NCBI GenBank assembly: GCA_051942245.1
Contig: JAVECL010000098.1
Location: 1 to 54,415 of the forward strand
DNA length: 54,415 bases
Direction: 5' to 3'
Source: Trypethelium eluteriae
Taxonomy: Eukaryota
Shown: positions 1 to 12,557 of the stretch, one piece after another
Position numbering within the stretch: the first letter of the stretch is position 1
How the letters are laid out: every line of letters begins with the position of its first letter
Translations under genes and position numbers: made by a program
Notes under the pieces: generated by a model
What the model was told of the DNA's origin: nothing
Seen by the model: only the letters and a program-made list of their open reading frames with translations
Database searches by the model: none

Positions 1-459
1 ATTATAATAACCAGTAACTGCAGAGTTAAAATTAATTTAATTAATACTGCGCAGAAACAGCTTTATATAAGATTCCTTTATTGCCAATTAAGTGGTGGGC
101 TAAAGATATTTAATAAAAATAATAATTATACCTCTTTTTATTTGCTTTTAATATTCTCTTAATTCCTGTAATAAGTAATAAACTAGAATAGGTATTTTTT
201 GGTGCGCGTTATATAATTTTTTGGGATAAAGCACAGCTTAATCCAGATACTGTTAAACTTTAAGAACTTTTAAAGGATTGGAAAAGATCAAATATTTTAA
301 AAAATTAATTATATAATTTAGAGTAAATTATCTCGTACAATAGTTTATTAAGGGGAGGAATTTTATTTTATTATAATAATTGTGTCGGCGCTGACGATAT
401 CAGCGATATCGCGGTAATTTATCGTACGATACGTATCGCGCCTATCGTTGCCCAGTCTG
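1..459. mobile_element. RIP-degraded transposon relic, probably a DNA-transposon end
   Basis: 1-380 is very AT/TpA-rich with no ORF. It is followed by a GC-richer end with short palindromes (GCGATATCGC, ATCGTACGAT, CGATACGTATCG) finishing ...GTTGCCCAGTCTG at 459, which reads CAGACTGGGCAAC on the minus strand and looks like a TIR. The other end is outside the window. Confidence 0.5.
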
Positions 460-673
460 CGGACAAGGGATACGAAAGCTCTTGTTAGCTTATATCACTG
501 GCTGCCGTTTGCTTAGGGCTTCTTAAAAGTCTGTAAAACTTTTAACCCATTCTAGTAACACGTATGCTCTATGCTCAGATCCTGATTGCCTCTACAATTT
601 CGCTGTGAGTGGACATGCTTCTCGATTTCACATTGTTTAAAGTTTTGCGGAGCTTTGCGGATGTTTGCGGAGC

Positions 674-2962
674 TCAACCGAACAAAGAATCACGTACATA
701 AATTCCAAGCAAGCTCTTGTAGTTGATTTCTTCTATCTTGAGCAAGAAGATTTTCTTTGCCGGAAATCCATCCCGAGTACTTCCTTGTTTCTCGACTTTC
801 TTGTTAGTGTATTGGGAAGAGTTGTCGTTGTTAATGTCGTCATCACTTCCGTAATCATCCACATTCTTGTATCCCAAAACTTGATGCTTTTTGTTGGTGG
901 CGAACTCTCCCCATACTGTTCCTTTACGCACGTCCCCGCAGATCAGGTGTTCACCATCCTCATTTGCAACCTTCAGCACAATAAAACCGCTTGCGAGCAT
1001 CGTTGACAATTTGACTGGCGTGTTGATTGAGAAACCTTCAGTTCTGTTGCTCTTCCGCGTGAACATCCCGTTATACAGTCCTCTGGTTGTTATGATGTTG
1101 TCTTCTTACCCATGCAGAAGCTTTATTAGAATCATCTGTGCATCTATACCACTGACCTTATGGACATCGGAAACGCTTTTGCACACAATCTTCCCATGTA
1201 GAAAATAGTGCCAGGACCAGTTGCTGATGTAGCGAGATTTTGCTATAATAACAAAGAATATTATGAGTACCCATGTAAATGTCATAAGTTGGAACGGATC
1301 CACGCCAGCGATATAATCGTGCACGGCGAAAGGAACAGCCAGCGATCCGCACACAAAAGAGATCGCAATAGCGATAATAGTTATAACGTAACTTTGGCAA
1401 TTAATCCTAATAGAGTCCTCAGATATTACCCAGGTATCCATCTTCTGTTTATGTTTTCTGTATTCTGTTAGGATCTGCTGGGCGTGTTCCTCGGCTTTCA
1501 ATCCTGTACTTGGTGCGCTATCTTCCTTGAGATCTGTTCCCGCTTGAAAGAGTATTAGCTATTGAATGTCTGAAGGACATTGAGGACCCACCTTGGATAC
1601 CCTATCTCAGAGGGCTGTAGGGAATAGATTGTACGTTATTATCCTCCAGTTGCTTGAGTTTGTCCTTCCTTTGATTTCGCAAGCAGTCCTCGGAAATTAT
1701 ATGAAATATTGCTTGGAAAGATTTTGGTGGCGGAGAAAAGGGTAATATCGGGTCCTTTTTTAAAGATCCAGTAGCCACTGTTCTGAGCATACATGTCACG
1801 CAATTAGCTGAATATATAGTTGCGAGACTTTGCATAACGGCGATTAATAAGATATCTTTTATAGAGTAGAGGTAGGTGGTCTGGTCCTTTGTTTTATGCG
1901 TGTTTCCAGACCGACGTGGCCAACTCCAGTGGACAGTCGCTCCAATTGGTCCCAAAGCCATCCCTCTGCTCCCTGTAAGTGCTCAGTTGCGGGAGTTAAT
2001 CACTTCCAGCTTTGCTCGCAGTAGAAGGAGTCCGCTGTATAAGGTGATTATATTAGTGGGCTCTGATAAAAAATTAATAGAACCAGACTGATCTTGATTA
2101 ATTAATGTAAGAACACCTTTTAACCCAGCCGTATAAATAAGTGTGCACGCCTTAAAAAATGCGGAGTTAATGGCATTAGCGTGTTGCATATTTCTCTTGT
2201 TTAGGATAAACCATGTTATGTACTTTACTAAGTACCCCAGGTTTTTACGAAAGAATAAATAAGTCTTATAGTAGAAATTCTTAAGGCTTATGTTCAAGTT
2301 TAATGTATTATATTGCACTTCTTTCTCCTTATTGCCTCCTTTCTTATCCAATTTCTGGATATTAAATTTAAGAAATATAAGCCTCTTGCTACTATATATC
2401 TCTGCAAGTCTGTCAACAACATCCTCACCGTTAGTAACGGACAATTTCGCGTATTAACTGGGATTGTATGCTATCAGTTTTAGCTTAACAGCCCATAAAG
2501 CCAGGATAGCCAACAAGTATTTAACCTAATGTCGACTTGTCGCTGATCTGAGAACTAGCCTGGCCACGCAGCCGAGTATATAATCACAAACAGCGTGGTA
2601 GAGTGTGTGATTCCTTTTAGGCGGCTTAAGAATCCGCGGCTCAGCTCCTTTTACAGTGTCATTAGCACCACCAAATTAAGCGAGGAGGAGCCTACGGCTA
2701 TTCTTAAAACCTCTAATTGCGACTTTAAGCAGCGTCCCATTGGCATTCCACATCCCAATTTGGGCATTATCATAAGCAATAATAGCAATGTTGCAGGAAA
2801 TCTAATCTATTATGCTCTTAGCGTCTTCAAAATCAGCCAAGGATCCCTTCATAAATAATCCCTTGCTGTTAAATAGGTAGTGTCCCTCACCAGATACCAC
2901 TCCGGCAAGCTTCTTGATCTTTTTCCGCACGAGATCATTGTGCGCTTCAGCGGATATACCAT
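674..2962 (-). pseudogene. Pseudogene of a fungal hypothetical protein with a C-terminal membrane segment
   Basis: Consecutive minus-strand ORFs. 2444-1983 and 1961-1602 share a frame and are separated by a stop. A frameshift follows, then 1501-1106 (hydrophobic, GVDPFQLMTFTWVL) and 1066-674 share a frame with a stop between them. 2040-2520 is AT-shifted as expected from RIP. The 5' end is approximate. Confidence 0.6.
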
Positions 2963-4243
2963 ACGCCGAGCAGTCATCAAATTATGTCAAGCCTTTAAGC
3001 TTTATGTGACCATTACCGTACAATTTATGCTCTTATGTAACCGCAAATGTCTCTTTTAAATCAAGCGTAAAAATGTGATTTTCTCTCTGTACAACTCTCT
3101 TTTTTCGCCGAAAGGTCGCTTCCCGCTGACGGTGGGTACTGGAGAATGATGAGCAAAGAACATTTTAGGCCGACACATGAAGCCATTATGACATTTTATT
3201 CATTCATGGCTTACTTTAAAGAGTTCAACAGTCCTGGATTCTTTTCAATGTGATCATTCGTGGCCTTGTGGTTGTGTTGGCTGAGAAATGACTCATTGAG
3301 TCCTTTCGTTGGCGTGTCAGCAGAACTGCACGAAGGCATTGCCGGCAATGTTTTGAGCCAGGGTCCAAAGACAAAGCGATATTGGAACGACGCTCTCGGA
3401 AACTATATTCCAGAGTAGTCATGATGATATACGGGAAAGCGTCCGGTCTGGTACCATCTGAACATGGCTACACCGCTGGAGTAGACGATGCAGTCATAAA
3501 GCGCCATTGTGACGCTCGTGCATCGTGCTCGGCGCTGGAATGTCTGAATCTTGCTCATCAACTGGACGAGATTGGAGATATGAGCTGTAGATCACACACA
3601 AACGTCTGCGATATGTGCCTTGCTGACAACGGGAAGATCTCACGATGAGAACTGCCCCGTCGTGCACCGCCACAATAAGGCCCGAATGCACACTGCCACA
3701 ATCATGAGAGCCTTAGTACCGTGCTAGCATACAAATGCGGAAAGAAAATGCAGTTTCTCAAAAATGTTCTTGCTCATCGGTGCAGCTTGCATTGGTACTA
3801 CTCTACTCTACTGCAGGCTTTCTCAAGGCCTACAAAGCGCAGTATCGGATGATGGCAAAATTGATATAGCGAAGAAAGATCTGACTTCCAACAAGGCATA
3901 TTCTGGCAGGACGAGACATCTTGGCATGCAAGCTTTGCAACCCGTCCCTCGACCATTTCCGTCGCCTCAGCTCTTCCGCATCTCCGCGAGTACCTCTGAT
4001 TGTTTCATCAACTTGCGGGCCGCACATGGATGCAAGCCTCTCAGTCACGCTTCTTCCAACCTCACTACTCCGCGACGCAAAATCAACTACATCTCGTGCT
4101 AGCTCGCATCAGCGGTTGAACCTGGAACCTTAAAAACTTCAAAACTAGCTCCATCTCGTTGCCTCAATCTGCAAAGCATACAAAGACAAATTGTAGCCCT
4201 TACATAATTTGTCTACTCTAGTGCCACCAATGAACCTGAGGCC

Positions 4244-6466
4244 ATGTCATTAGCGGAGTATGATTACGCTTTATCTTCTTATCTTGCTTTGCAAGCAAAG
4301 AAAACCGAAGAGAAGGTAATACGGCCGGACGGAAATCAACTTTCGGCCTTTGATATCACCGAGAAGCAGCGTTCGACTGGCGACCGACCAGTGATTACGC
4401 CTACTAGCTCCGTTGCGCAGGCTAGAGAATCTGATAATGATTTTAACACGTACGCGCTTCTAGTACGACGCATGATAGACAAAGATGGAAATCATCAGCG
4501 AACACAGCTTGAGATCCAGTCTTCAGTCATCCAGGAAGCCCTTCAAGCCAGAATGCGCACACTTAAATCTTGCCGCGCATCCGGTTATATTCAAAGCTCC
4601 ATATTATGAGCTATTCCAGTATCGCAAGGAGATCTGTGAATATACTGAGCATACTGATAGGACAGAAGTCCAAAAGTTGTATCTGGGTTTGCTGCTATAT
4701 TTTATATCCGCGAACCTAGCAAAGATTGAGAAAATCCACAGCCAATATTATCCTAATTGGACCAGCACGTTCGCCATACTCTGGACATATTATAGGCCGG
4801 AAATATTTATAATTTATCAGACTGAGCACTATTAAAAGCTTTACCGCATTTGTTGCTGTTATTACGGCAAGGACCCCCTTACTTAAGCAAACTTCTTTGA
4901 GCTAAGTGTCTGGTTATAGGACTACAATAGCAAAGGCTTTGGCCTGAAGAAGACGTCGCTCAACCTTTAAGAGTTCTAGGGAGCGAGGAATTTGACCGAA
5001 TTTGACTTCTTCCTGGTCGGATGTTTACCGGCTGATGAAAGACGTGCAACATTTGCAAGATTAATTAAGCGCGGCAAGAAGTGGCAACGTCTCATCCATC
5101 GAAGTTACCAACAATACAATGGTATATCTTAAAGTATCCAGAAGTTAATGGATTACTAATACTAAATGCGATGGTAGGCCCAGCTTGGGTTGCTTCTGAT
5201 CCAAGCATGGAACGTTGAGGAGCGGTAACAGAGGCAAAGGATCTAGTGCCCATCCATGTGCGCCTATGTCATCCCGCTGTCTGTTGATCCACACTGACTA
5301 TTTATTATATATTTCAGGTCACAGGCCGCGTGATTGTTGACTATAGCAACCACAGACAGCGTAATTATTTGCTAGCTACGAAGCTATACCCCCAGGGAGA
5401 GCCGGTCAATCTTTAAGAAACAGATCGGGCAGACCTAAATCCAGAAACTGCATTCTATTTTCCTAATCAGCAAGAGCTCATCAGGGATGGTGTTCTGCTT
5501 AATGATATGGTTACCTATGCCAACACAGACCTTTATAAAATTACTGACTTCCAGGCTGCTGTAGCTCCAGCACGGGTCCGTGGTCTTTTATTTGTAGAGA
5601 AGAGATGGTTACTGTTTACTGTGGAGAAATTAGGGGAAATCGCATGGATGGAATTAAAATTCGCACAATTGCAGCTTAAGCCATTGTACAAGGAAGCAGT
5701 GCAAGCCGTTCTACAATAGCACCAGGAAAAGGAACCGCAACTCAACCAGTTAATAAAAAAGGGCAGAGGACTCGTAATACTTTTATATGGAGCGCCCAGG
5801 ACAGGGAAAACTCTGACAATGGGTGCGATTTATCTTTCCTTGATGCATCCTCTATAGCTATCTCGTCCCAATTTAACACCTATCTTAGAGACTGTTGCCG
5901 AAACATCGCATCGACCACTCTACTACGTCGGCGTTAACAAACTTATGTCTTCATATTTCGACGATGCCGAAACTGTCATGAGGAAAGTCTTTGACCTCGC
6001 TACTTCCTGGGGTGCCATCATCCTCATTAATGAAGCGGACATCTTTATGGTCCAACGCGGGCGCAACAACAGTCACCAAAACAGCTTAGTGGCGACTTTT
6101 CTCTGAATGCTTGAATACCACAAAGGCATCGTCTTCCTCACCAGCAATCGAATTGAGGATTTCAATGAGGCATTTGAATTAAGACTGCATCTGCGCCTCC
6201 GATACCGACCAATGGACCCTAGCAAGAAAGAACGCGTGTGGCGCACAGCCCTCGCTAGCGTGCCGGAAGCTACAAATCTGAAGGACAAAGATCTTGGCCG
6301 GTTGGCCCACGATGTGGACGTCAATGGACGGCAGATCACCAATCTCGTGCGCACCGCTCGGGCAGTTTCGAATTTTAGGAAAGTACCGCTCACCATTGAG
6401 ACGTTGAAATCTGTCCATGAGATGAACTCCCCCCGTGATCCTGACAGTGACAAGCATGGCTCATAG
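4244..6466 (+). pseudogene. AAA+ ATPase pseudogene
   Basis: Degenerate Walker A LYGAPRTGKTLT (~5783-5818) and Walker B IILINEAD (~6017-6040), then FL*MLEYHKGIVFLTSNR (sensor 1 region). There are many in-frame stops and a frameshift near 4550-4600. The lesions are mostly G>A/C>T. Confidence 0.8.
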
Positions 6467-6519
6467 GATTTTTCCTCCAACGTACTGCATGCTCTCGCCG
6501 TGGTATTCTTCGTTCAGAT

Positions 6520-6713
6520 CAGTAATGTAAAGTTACTAAGTAATTACTATTTTACTAAGTAATGATAACGTAGTAACGCATATGTCATAATAATAATAAT
6601 GATAATAGTAAATAGTGATAGTAAAAAAATTTAAAATTTGATAGTTATAGTAAAAGTAATGATAAACAATAATACTACTTACTACCTAGTATTTACTATT
6701 TCTTACAGCACTG
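6520..6713. mobile_element. MITE-like AT-rich element with imperfect terminal inverted repeats
   Basis: Starts CAGTAATGTAA and ends TTACAGCACTG (reverse complement CAGTGCTGTAA, 9/11 match). The interior is AT-rich with TAGTAA/TTACTA units. No matching target-site duplication is visible. Confidence 0.4.
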
Positions 6714-7587
6714 GTACCTTATGATGTGAAAATGTATGTATCCGCTGGATGAATACATTTGAGAATAAAATTTCAATCTGTCGTTGCTACAGCAACAGTT
6801 CAACTCTTCTCTACTTAGATAAGATGAAACTGGCGAAAACACTTTAAAGGAATGAGATACAACGATAGCTAGCTATGACATAGCGAACAAAAAAACAAAG
6901 AGAAAAAAGAGAGAAAGAGAAGAAGAGAAAATAAAAAGAGCAAAAAACCAAAAATTAATGAAATTCTGAGTACTGTAGTACGAAAATTTATTGTACTGGC
7001 AAGAGATTCTGTCTAAATAGCAAAATCAAGCCGCGCATCGGAAAACTTTCCCATTGAAAGGAAAAAAAAAACTCTCCCCTCTCGGAATAACCAGGTAATA
7101 CCCTGATATGACATGGTCGAGAGTCGATCCATGACACGAAATTACGCGAAATTACAGCATACTTTACATAATTGAATATATCGAATTATTCATGCTTATT
7201 CATTCTTTATGAAAGTTATTCATGCTTATCCAATTCCTTAATTCTTTCGATCTCTGAGTCCAATTGGATATCGACGACCAATCTCAATTCAATCTATCTG
7301 CCGTCCAGGCTATATGGAGAGCAAGATTTTTTTCTATAATATTGATGGGGATCGAAACAAGCTAATAGCGATTAGGAAGTGATCTGCGTGATCTAGATCA
7401 ACAGTTGCCGTATAGTTGACCGGGGCTATCGACTTACGCCCGACACACCATAGCTGCCTAAATGTTGCGGGTTTCCCCGATGAGAAAGTCAACAAGCTCT
7501 ACGTATTCAGACCTCCATATTCGTGCACAAGTGTCTTCAAATCCTAAACGACTTTTTTTTGAGCTATTAACTCGAGTAAAATTCACG

Positions 7588-10134
7588 ATGAGCCAGATGA
7601 GTACTTCGGAAAGCCCAGCAAACAACTGGTTGGGTCTTGCTTCCAATTGTTTGGGACTTGTGAAAGCCATTGCGGACAGCACTGTGCAAGGCAACAGTCT
7701 CAGCCAAGCTGCAAGGACGTTCTTTCAGTGGCTTGCTCACGAACGCATATCTGAGGAAGACTATGAGACTGTTGCTATCAAGACGTCACACTTAATGTCT
7801 ATCAATGATAACGGTATCTTGCTGCTTGAGAAGATCAGGAAAAAGTCCGATGGAAAGAGTTCAATAGCTGGCATACCTCTCACAACTGCAGGATCCGTTG
7901 GAAGAGCTATTGCATCTGCTCCGACCCATAGTTATATGATCACCACAGCTGCAAGCGTATCTGGGTCTGCAACATCGCCACCATATTTTACTTGCAGCTT
8001 TTCAGGGAGCTTATGAGCAGAGTAACCAGCATTCACCACGTTTAAAGTGATACTGGAGACCATTTTTCTCAGGATTCCATTGACGTATGCACGCGATACA
8101 TCGTATTTGTATTCAACACCGTGAGCATGACTCGCCTGATCGAAGACCATATTCGTTATGGCTCGGGTGACATAATCCATATCATGATACGGTAATAAAG
8201 AAGCAGCTGTCGCTATGGCTATCCAGAAGAATGACGTTGACTTACTCCTGGACTGCGATGTTCTGTACAGCGACATCATCAGTTGGATTTTATCTCACTA
8301 TGAGGGTATCTTCCAAGTCTCTATCGATGGCACTGTCGTTTATCGAGAAAGCTTGGGTCTCAGGAAGTTGAGACTCATGATATTGGTAAGGGAATCTATA
8401 ATATCGCCTGACAGCCCGTATGTACGAGTATCCACCAAGATCCCGGACATCCTAGAAACAGTGGTCGACGCTCATCCTATCACTCATGGCTCAAGAGGTA
8501 CGAAGGCAGCCAGACCATCCACAAGATTGCCTTTGTATACATTATCGCACGTGGATTACGCTCCGAATCATGCAAGTGCAATGCGGGCTGATCGACTAGC
8601 TCTTTCAGAGTTAGTCCTCAGCCGCAACGAGTACCTAGCGATCGAATATACAGCTCAAGAAATAATGAAGTGGCTCTTGAAGCGTCCCCTTCACGTGAAC
8701 CCCGAATCCACCCAAAGCCTTGAGTTCACTGTTGATCTTGAGAGATCTGGGGACTTCACGCTGGCGGATGCCTTCTGTCGACATCCAGGTCTCACATGAC
8801 TGGCTGGAAAGCAAGACGATAACCCTGTCACGTTCAGGCAGCCTGCATCGACTACATTGCAAGACGATCCTAATCGTCCAGGCAGATCGCTTATGGGGCT
8901 CTTTCAGGAACAAACAGCTGCTCAGAAAGCGGCATCAGAGCCGCTTAATGGACTAGATCTTATTGTTCAGAGCTTTCCATTACTTCAAGATGCGCTGATC
9001 ATATGTCAGAAGCGCTGCGACTGTTCAACCTGTCCTGATGGCGGAGCGATAGGCTTAGGTAAGCCTAGCTGTCTCCGGGAAACTGCAATTAACATACTAT
9101 TTACACTTCTCGGCCATGGTATCGCTGAAGGCTTCGGAGTCTCCGATATATCTGGAATCATACCTGCTATTGTACACAGGTCGGCAGTCTCAGGAATTCT
9201 CATGCATGTCGTTAGATTCAAGCGAATCATCTGGGATTCATGGTTTTCACTTGCTGCGTCAATCTTTCTTGGCTGCCAGTCGTCGGATGCCAGATTAAGC
9301 AGATCTCAAGGAGCCGGCGAGCTGGTTGCTGTACAGCACGGATCCATGGTCGTCGTGGCTAGATGGGCTTGCCTTGGTAATCAATTGCAAAAGACTGACA
9401 TTTTCAGCCTTTTCCAAGCCGAAGGTCATCTTCGAGGCTTACAGGATGAATATGCTTTAGTCCAAGTGGAGAAAACCACTGATCTGGATGATTGCAACCT
9501 TGGTGACCAGACCCCGTGGATTACACGCCGAAACCAGGGATTGCAGACGGAAGCTTTTCAGGAGGACTATTCGAAGGATCTAAGCACACCAAGTCTTACG
9601 CACTGGATGATAAATGATGAAGGTCCATGTTCTCACCTTCTCATTGTCATTCAAACTAGCAGCTTCGATCGCATCATTAATCCAGCTCGTGCTATCATGA
9701 GCCTATTCCGCAGCGTCTACGTGAGCTGCAAACACAATGATAAACAACATACAGTGATGGTCGTCAAAACAACTGCAAGCATGTGGAATTTGGAGAGCGC
9801 CTTGAGCAAATGGAACTCATGGAATAACCACGTGCAACCGACGCAACCAATACAGTCAGCGATGCACCCAGAGAGAAAAAGCCAAGCGACAGATGAAGGT
9901 AGGGAAGGTATTCCGACGCTATATGTCTCCCATACTCTGGATACGGAACTCAAAATGAACGTAGCATTTGCCTTGTCGCCTTTCGGTCTTGTGGTAAAGC
10001 ATCCAACTCGTTCCTGTCTAAAATGCGCAGTCGAGGCCGTATCTAACATAGATACACATGGGAACGCCTGGCGAATCGTCAACAAGGACATCTTCGAGGG
10101 TCAGCTGGTGATTCGGTCGAGTGATGATCGATAA
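7588..10134 (+). pseudogene. Fungal hypothetical protein (~848 codons) disrupted by an internal inversion and one in-frame TGA
   Basis: ORFs 7462-8016, 8215-8799 and 8857-10134 are in the same frame. The missing middle part is encoded on the minus strand (ORF 7932-8279). A single TGA lies at 8797-8799. The start is taken as the ATG at 7588 (uncertain). Confidence 0.8.
7945..8210. other. 250-bp intragenic inversion (7953-8202) flanked by 8-bp inverted repeats ACAGCTGC / GCAGCTGT
   Basis: Repeats at 7945-7952 and 8203-8210. Flipping 7953-8202 gives an uninterrupted frame ...YMITTAA-SLLPYHDMDYV...GDVADPDTL-AAVAMAIQKND... Confidence 0.9.
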
Positions 10135-10641
10135 AGTTATCGGACTACGTTCCAAGGATTAGCCGTCTCTGGCTCTTACTCTATCGGTAATCAAAGATCT
10201 GTCCACCACCGGAGAACGATACCAAATAGAGACCTATCTCATGCTCGCCATTCTGCAGGTAAAAGGCGTCTCTTGAATGTTTCGATGGCTATCCAGGACT
10301 CAAGGGATCTTTCTTGAACTTATCTCTAAACAATGCACAGCCGCAACCACGTCCAATGTCAACCATGTTCAGAACAAAATTTGAGCATTTCATGATCAAA
10401 TAGCATATATGGTGCTCAAGTCAGGCTATAGAAAGTCGACCGAATTCAGTGAATCAACTCTTTTCGGCTCAGCCCAGTTTCAGATATTTGATTTGAATCT
10501 TGCTCTGTCAACCAACTTTCACAAGAGAAGTGTACTCTAGATATGCTATTTGCTCAGTCGATGGGACGTGCTCTCAAGGTTTCGTCCTTACATAGATAGT
10601 GAGACTTTGATGCAAGACTAGTATCGCTTGGAAGTAGGGCT

Positions 10642-11640
10642 TGATGATGAAATTCGATGGTGAAAGCTTGTAGATTAAGCTATGGAGGTGAGGATCTAAA
10701 TATACTCCTACACTAGTGGATCACGTGAGAGGGTTGCCCTGTGCTCGTAAAACATCACACCCCTTCAATCCTAGGAGCGTGGTTCTTTGAAGCCTTTGCT
10801 TGTGTGAGCCTTGGTAAATGACGTAATTTTCTGTTGTTGACCTTGTTGTTGACATGTATGTAGATAGATCCTCCCTTTCTCTGTAGATTTGGGCGTAGAA
10901 CACCACAATTGACATGATAGCTGTATGTGTAGCCAGTTATTAAATAACAATCTCCTTCTTCAACTCTTTAATTATCCCTGACAATTGGGACCTCAAAGAC
11001 CTCAAATCTGAGTTTTTTACCAGGATCTCTTGTCTGGATGCTCTGAATCTTCTACTAGGATCTTCTGCCTAGATGCTCATAATCCTTCTTCACCCTCTGA
11101 ATAAAATATCTCTTCAAATCTGCACAGCTATCTCTGTAAGGATCTCTGCCTAAGGATCTCTGCCTAAGGATCTTTGCTAATGCTCTAATGAATAAGCAGA
11201 TAAAGGTGAGGTAGGTAGGTAAAACATGAGGTGGTTGGTAGAGGTAAAGGGCGACGTTGAGTAACCATAAGACCGTCGCTGTAGTAGCGTTTTCGTAGCT
11301 GAGCATGGAAGCAATCACCCAGGTCTGAGGGAGGTAGATAGCATAAAATGCGTCAGGGAGGCACGGCTCCAGGCTCATAACCTGATGATGAAATTAATTA
11401 ATAAAGGTGTAAAGGCTTAAAGAATAATTAAAATAAATTAAATAAGTCTAAAAATAAGCTGCCGAACCTATAACTTATTAGGATAAGAAAAATTAAATAT
11501 AATGTATGATAAGGTAAAATCTAAATTAAAAAGAATTCTTAAAGAGAGATTATATAAGCCTGCACTAATATAGATAGGGTAATAACCACCTATAATACGT
11601 TCCTTCATCTGGGCCTTGGGGGCCACTTCCCACAACAGGT
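10642..11640 (-). mobile_element. Fragmentary LTR-retrotransposon relic (copia-like primer binding site)
   Basis: The minus strand reads ...CATCATCA|GGTTATGAGCC at 11372-11390, an LTR end followed by a fungal copia-type PBS. An AT-rich RIP-like block follows at 11390-11600. The same 13-mer TGATGATGAAATT occurs at 10642 and 11383, and a short tandem AAGGATCTCTGCCT lies at ~11138-11175. Boundaries are uncertain and no TSD was found. Confidence 0.45.
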
Positions 11641-11775
11641 TTTTGGGCGAGTTTTTTATTTCTTTTGCCTTTTTAAGCCATAGATGTTCAGCCTTATAAC
11701 GCCACTATCTTGGTTGTGACACTGGGTGAGCTATTTATACATCTAATCAATAGAGTGACGTTATAATGAGGATAA

Positions 11776-11856
11776 ATACCGTAAGGTAATAGATGCTGTA
11801 GGGTAATAGATGCCGTGGGGGAATGAGTACCGTAGGGGAGCGAGTACCGTAGGGAG
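11776..11856 (+). repeat. Degenerate minisatellite, about five copies of a ~17-bp unit
   Basis: AATACCGTAAGGTAAT / AGATGCTGTAGGGTAAT / AGATGCCGTGGGGGAAT / GAGTACCGTAGGGGAGC / GAGTACCGTAGGGAG. Confidence 0.6.
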
Positions 11857-12557
11857 AAGATCCCGCCTGAAACTAAGTCTTCGGTGTCAATTTTCGGCTC
11901 GCTGTAGTAGTCTCCCTCGTTATACGCGTCACTAAGATTCGTAGATTACTCATTGTAGATGTGCGCGCGCCTGTATGGGGAGAGCCTCAGTCCTTACTCA
12001 AATCCTGCATCTTCGTCGTCACCGTCGCCGCCGTAGTCATACAGATGTGCGATTCGGCAATTCGACAACGTCTCGAGCTCTTCTTGGCTGGATGAAGGGT
12101 AAATCCCAGCGCGAAGGGCGTCAAAGAATTGCGCCTGAATCTCAGCCTTACTTTATCCGTTTAGAGAAACTTTGCCGGGCGGTACACTAGAGTAATTTGC
12201 ACGCGTGCATAACTATCACATTACTTTAAGGTTGTGTCCGCGACGCTTAATAATCGTAAGTCCGAGTGCGGGGAACCTGCCAGGAGAAAAAACATAGTCG
12301 AGGTAGGTTTGAAGTCACCAACTATCACGCACGCATAATTACACCATCGAAACGTCGACTGAAATGATACATTGCAAGCATCTCAAATACAGGCAATTCT
12401 CCCGTAACGGCCGTAAAGAATAGTTTTTGTATATTCTATCTGTATTGACTGATGCTCTATGCTACTGAATGAGTGCGGAGGGTGACTCTGGCTGAACCTA
12501 TGTGACATGGCAGGCCAGCGATGTTGCCAGTGTAAACGAGTATTCGACATGATCGGT

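Noticed and set aside
3200..4130. Several short overlapping ORFs
   Set aside because: No recognisable motifs or consistent splice pattern. They may be eroded gene debris but cannot be supported.
6885..6956. Long purine/A-rich tract
   Set aside because: Simple low-complexity intergenic sequence, with no associated retro-element structure or TSD.
11776..11856. Short repeats that could suggest a CRISPR-like array
   Set aside because: Head-to-tail degenerate units without spacers, in a eukaryotic transposon-relic context.
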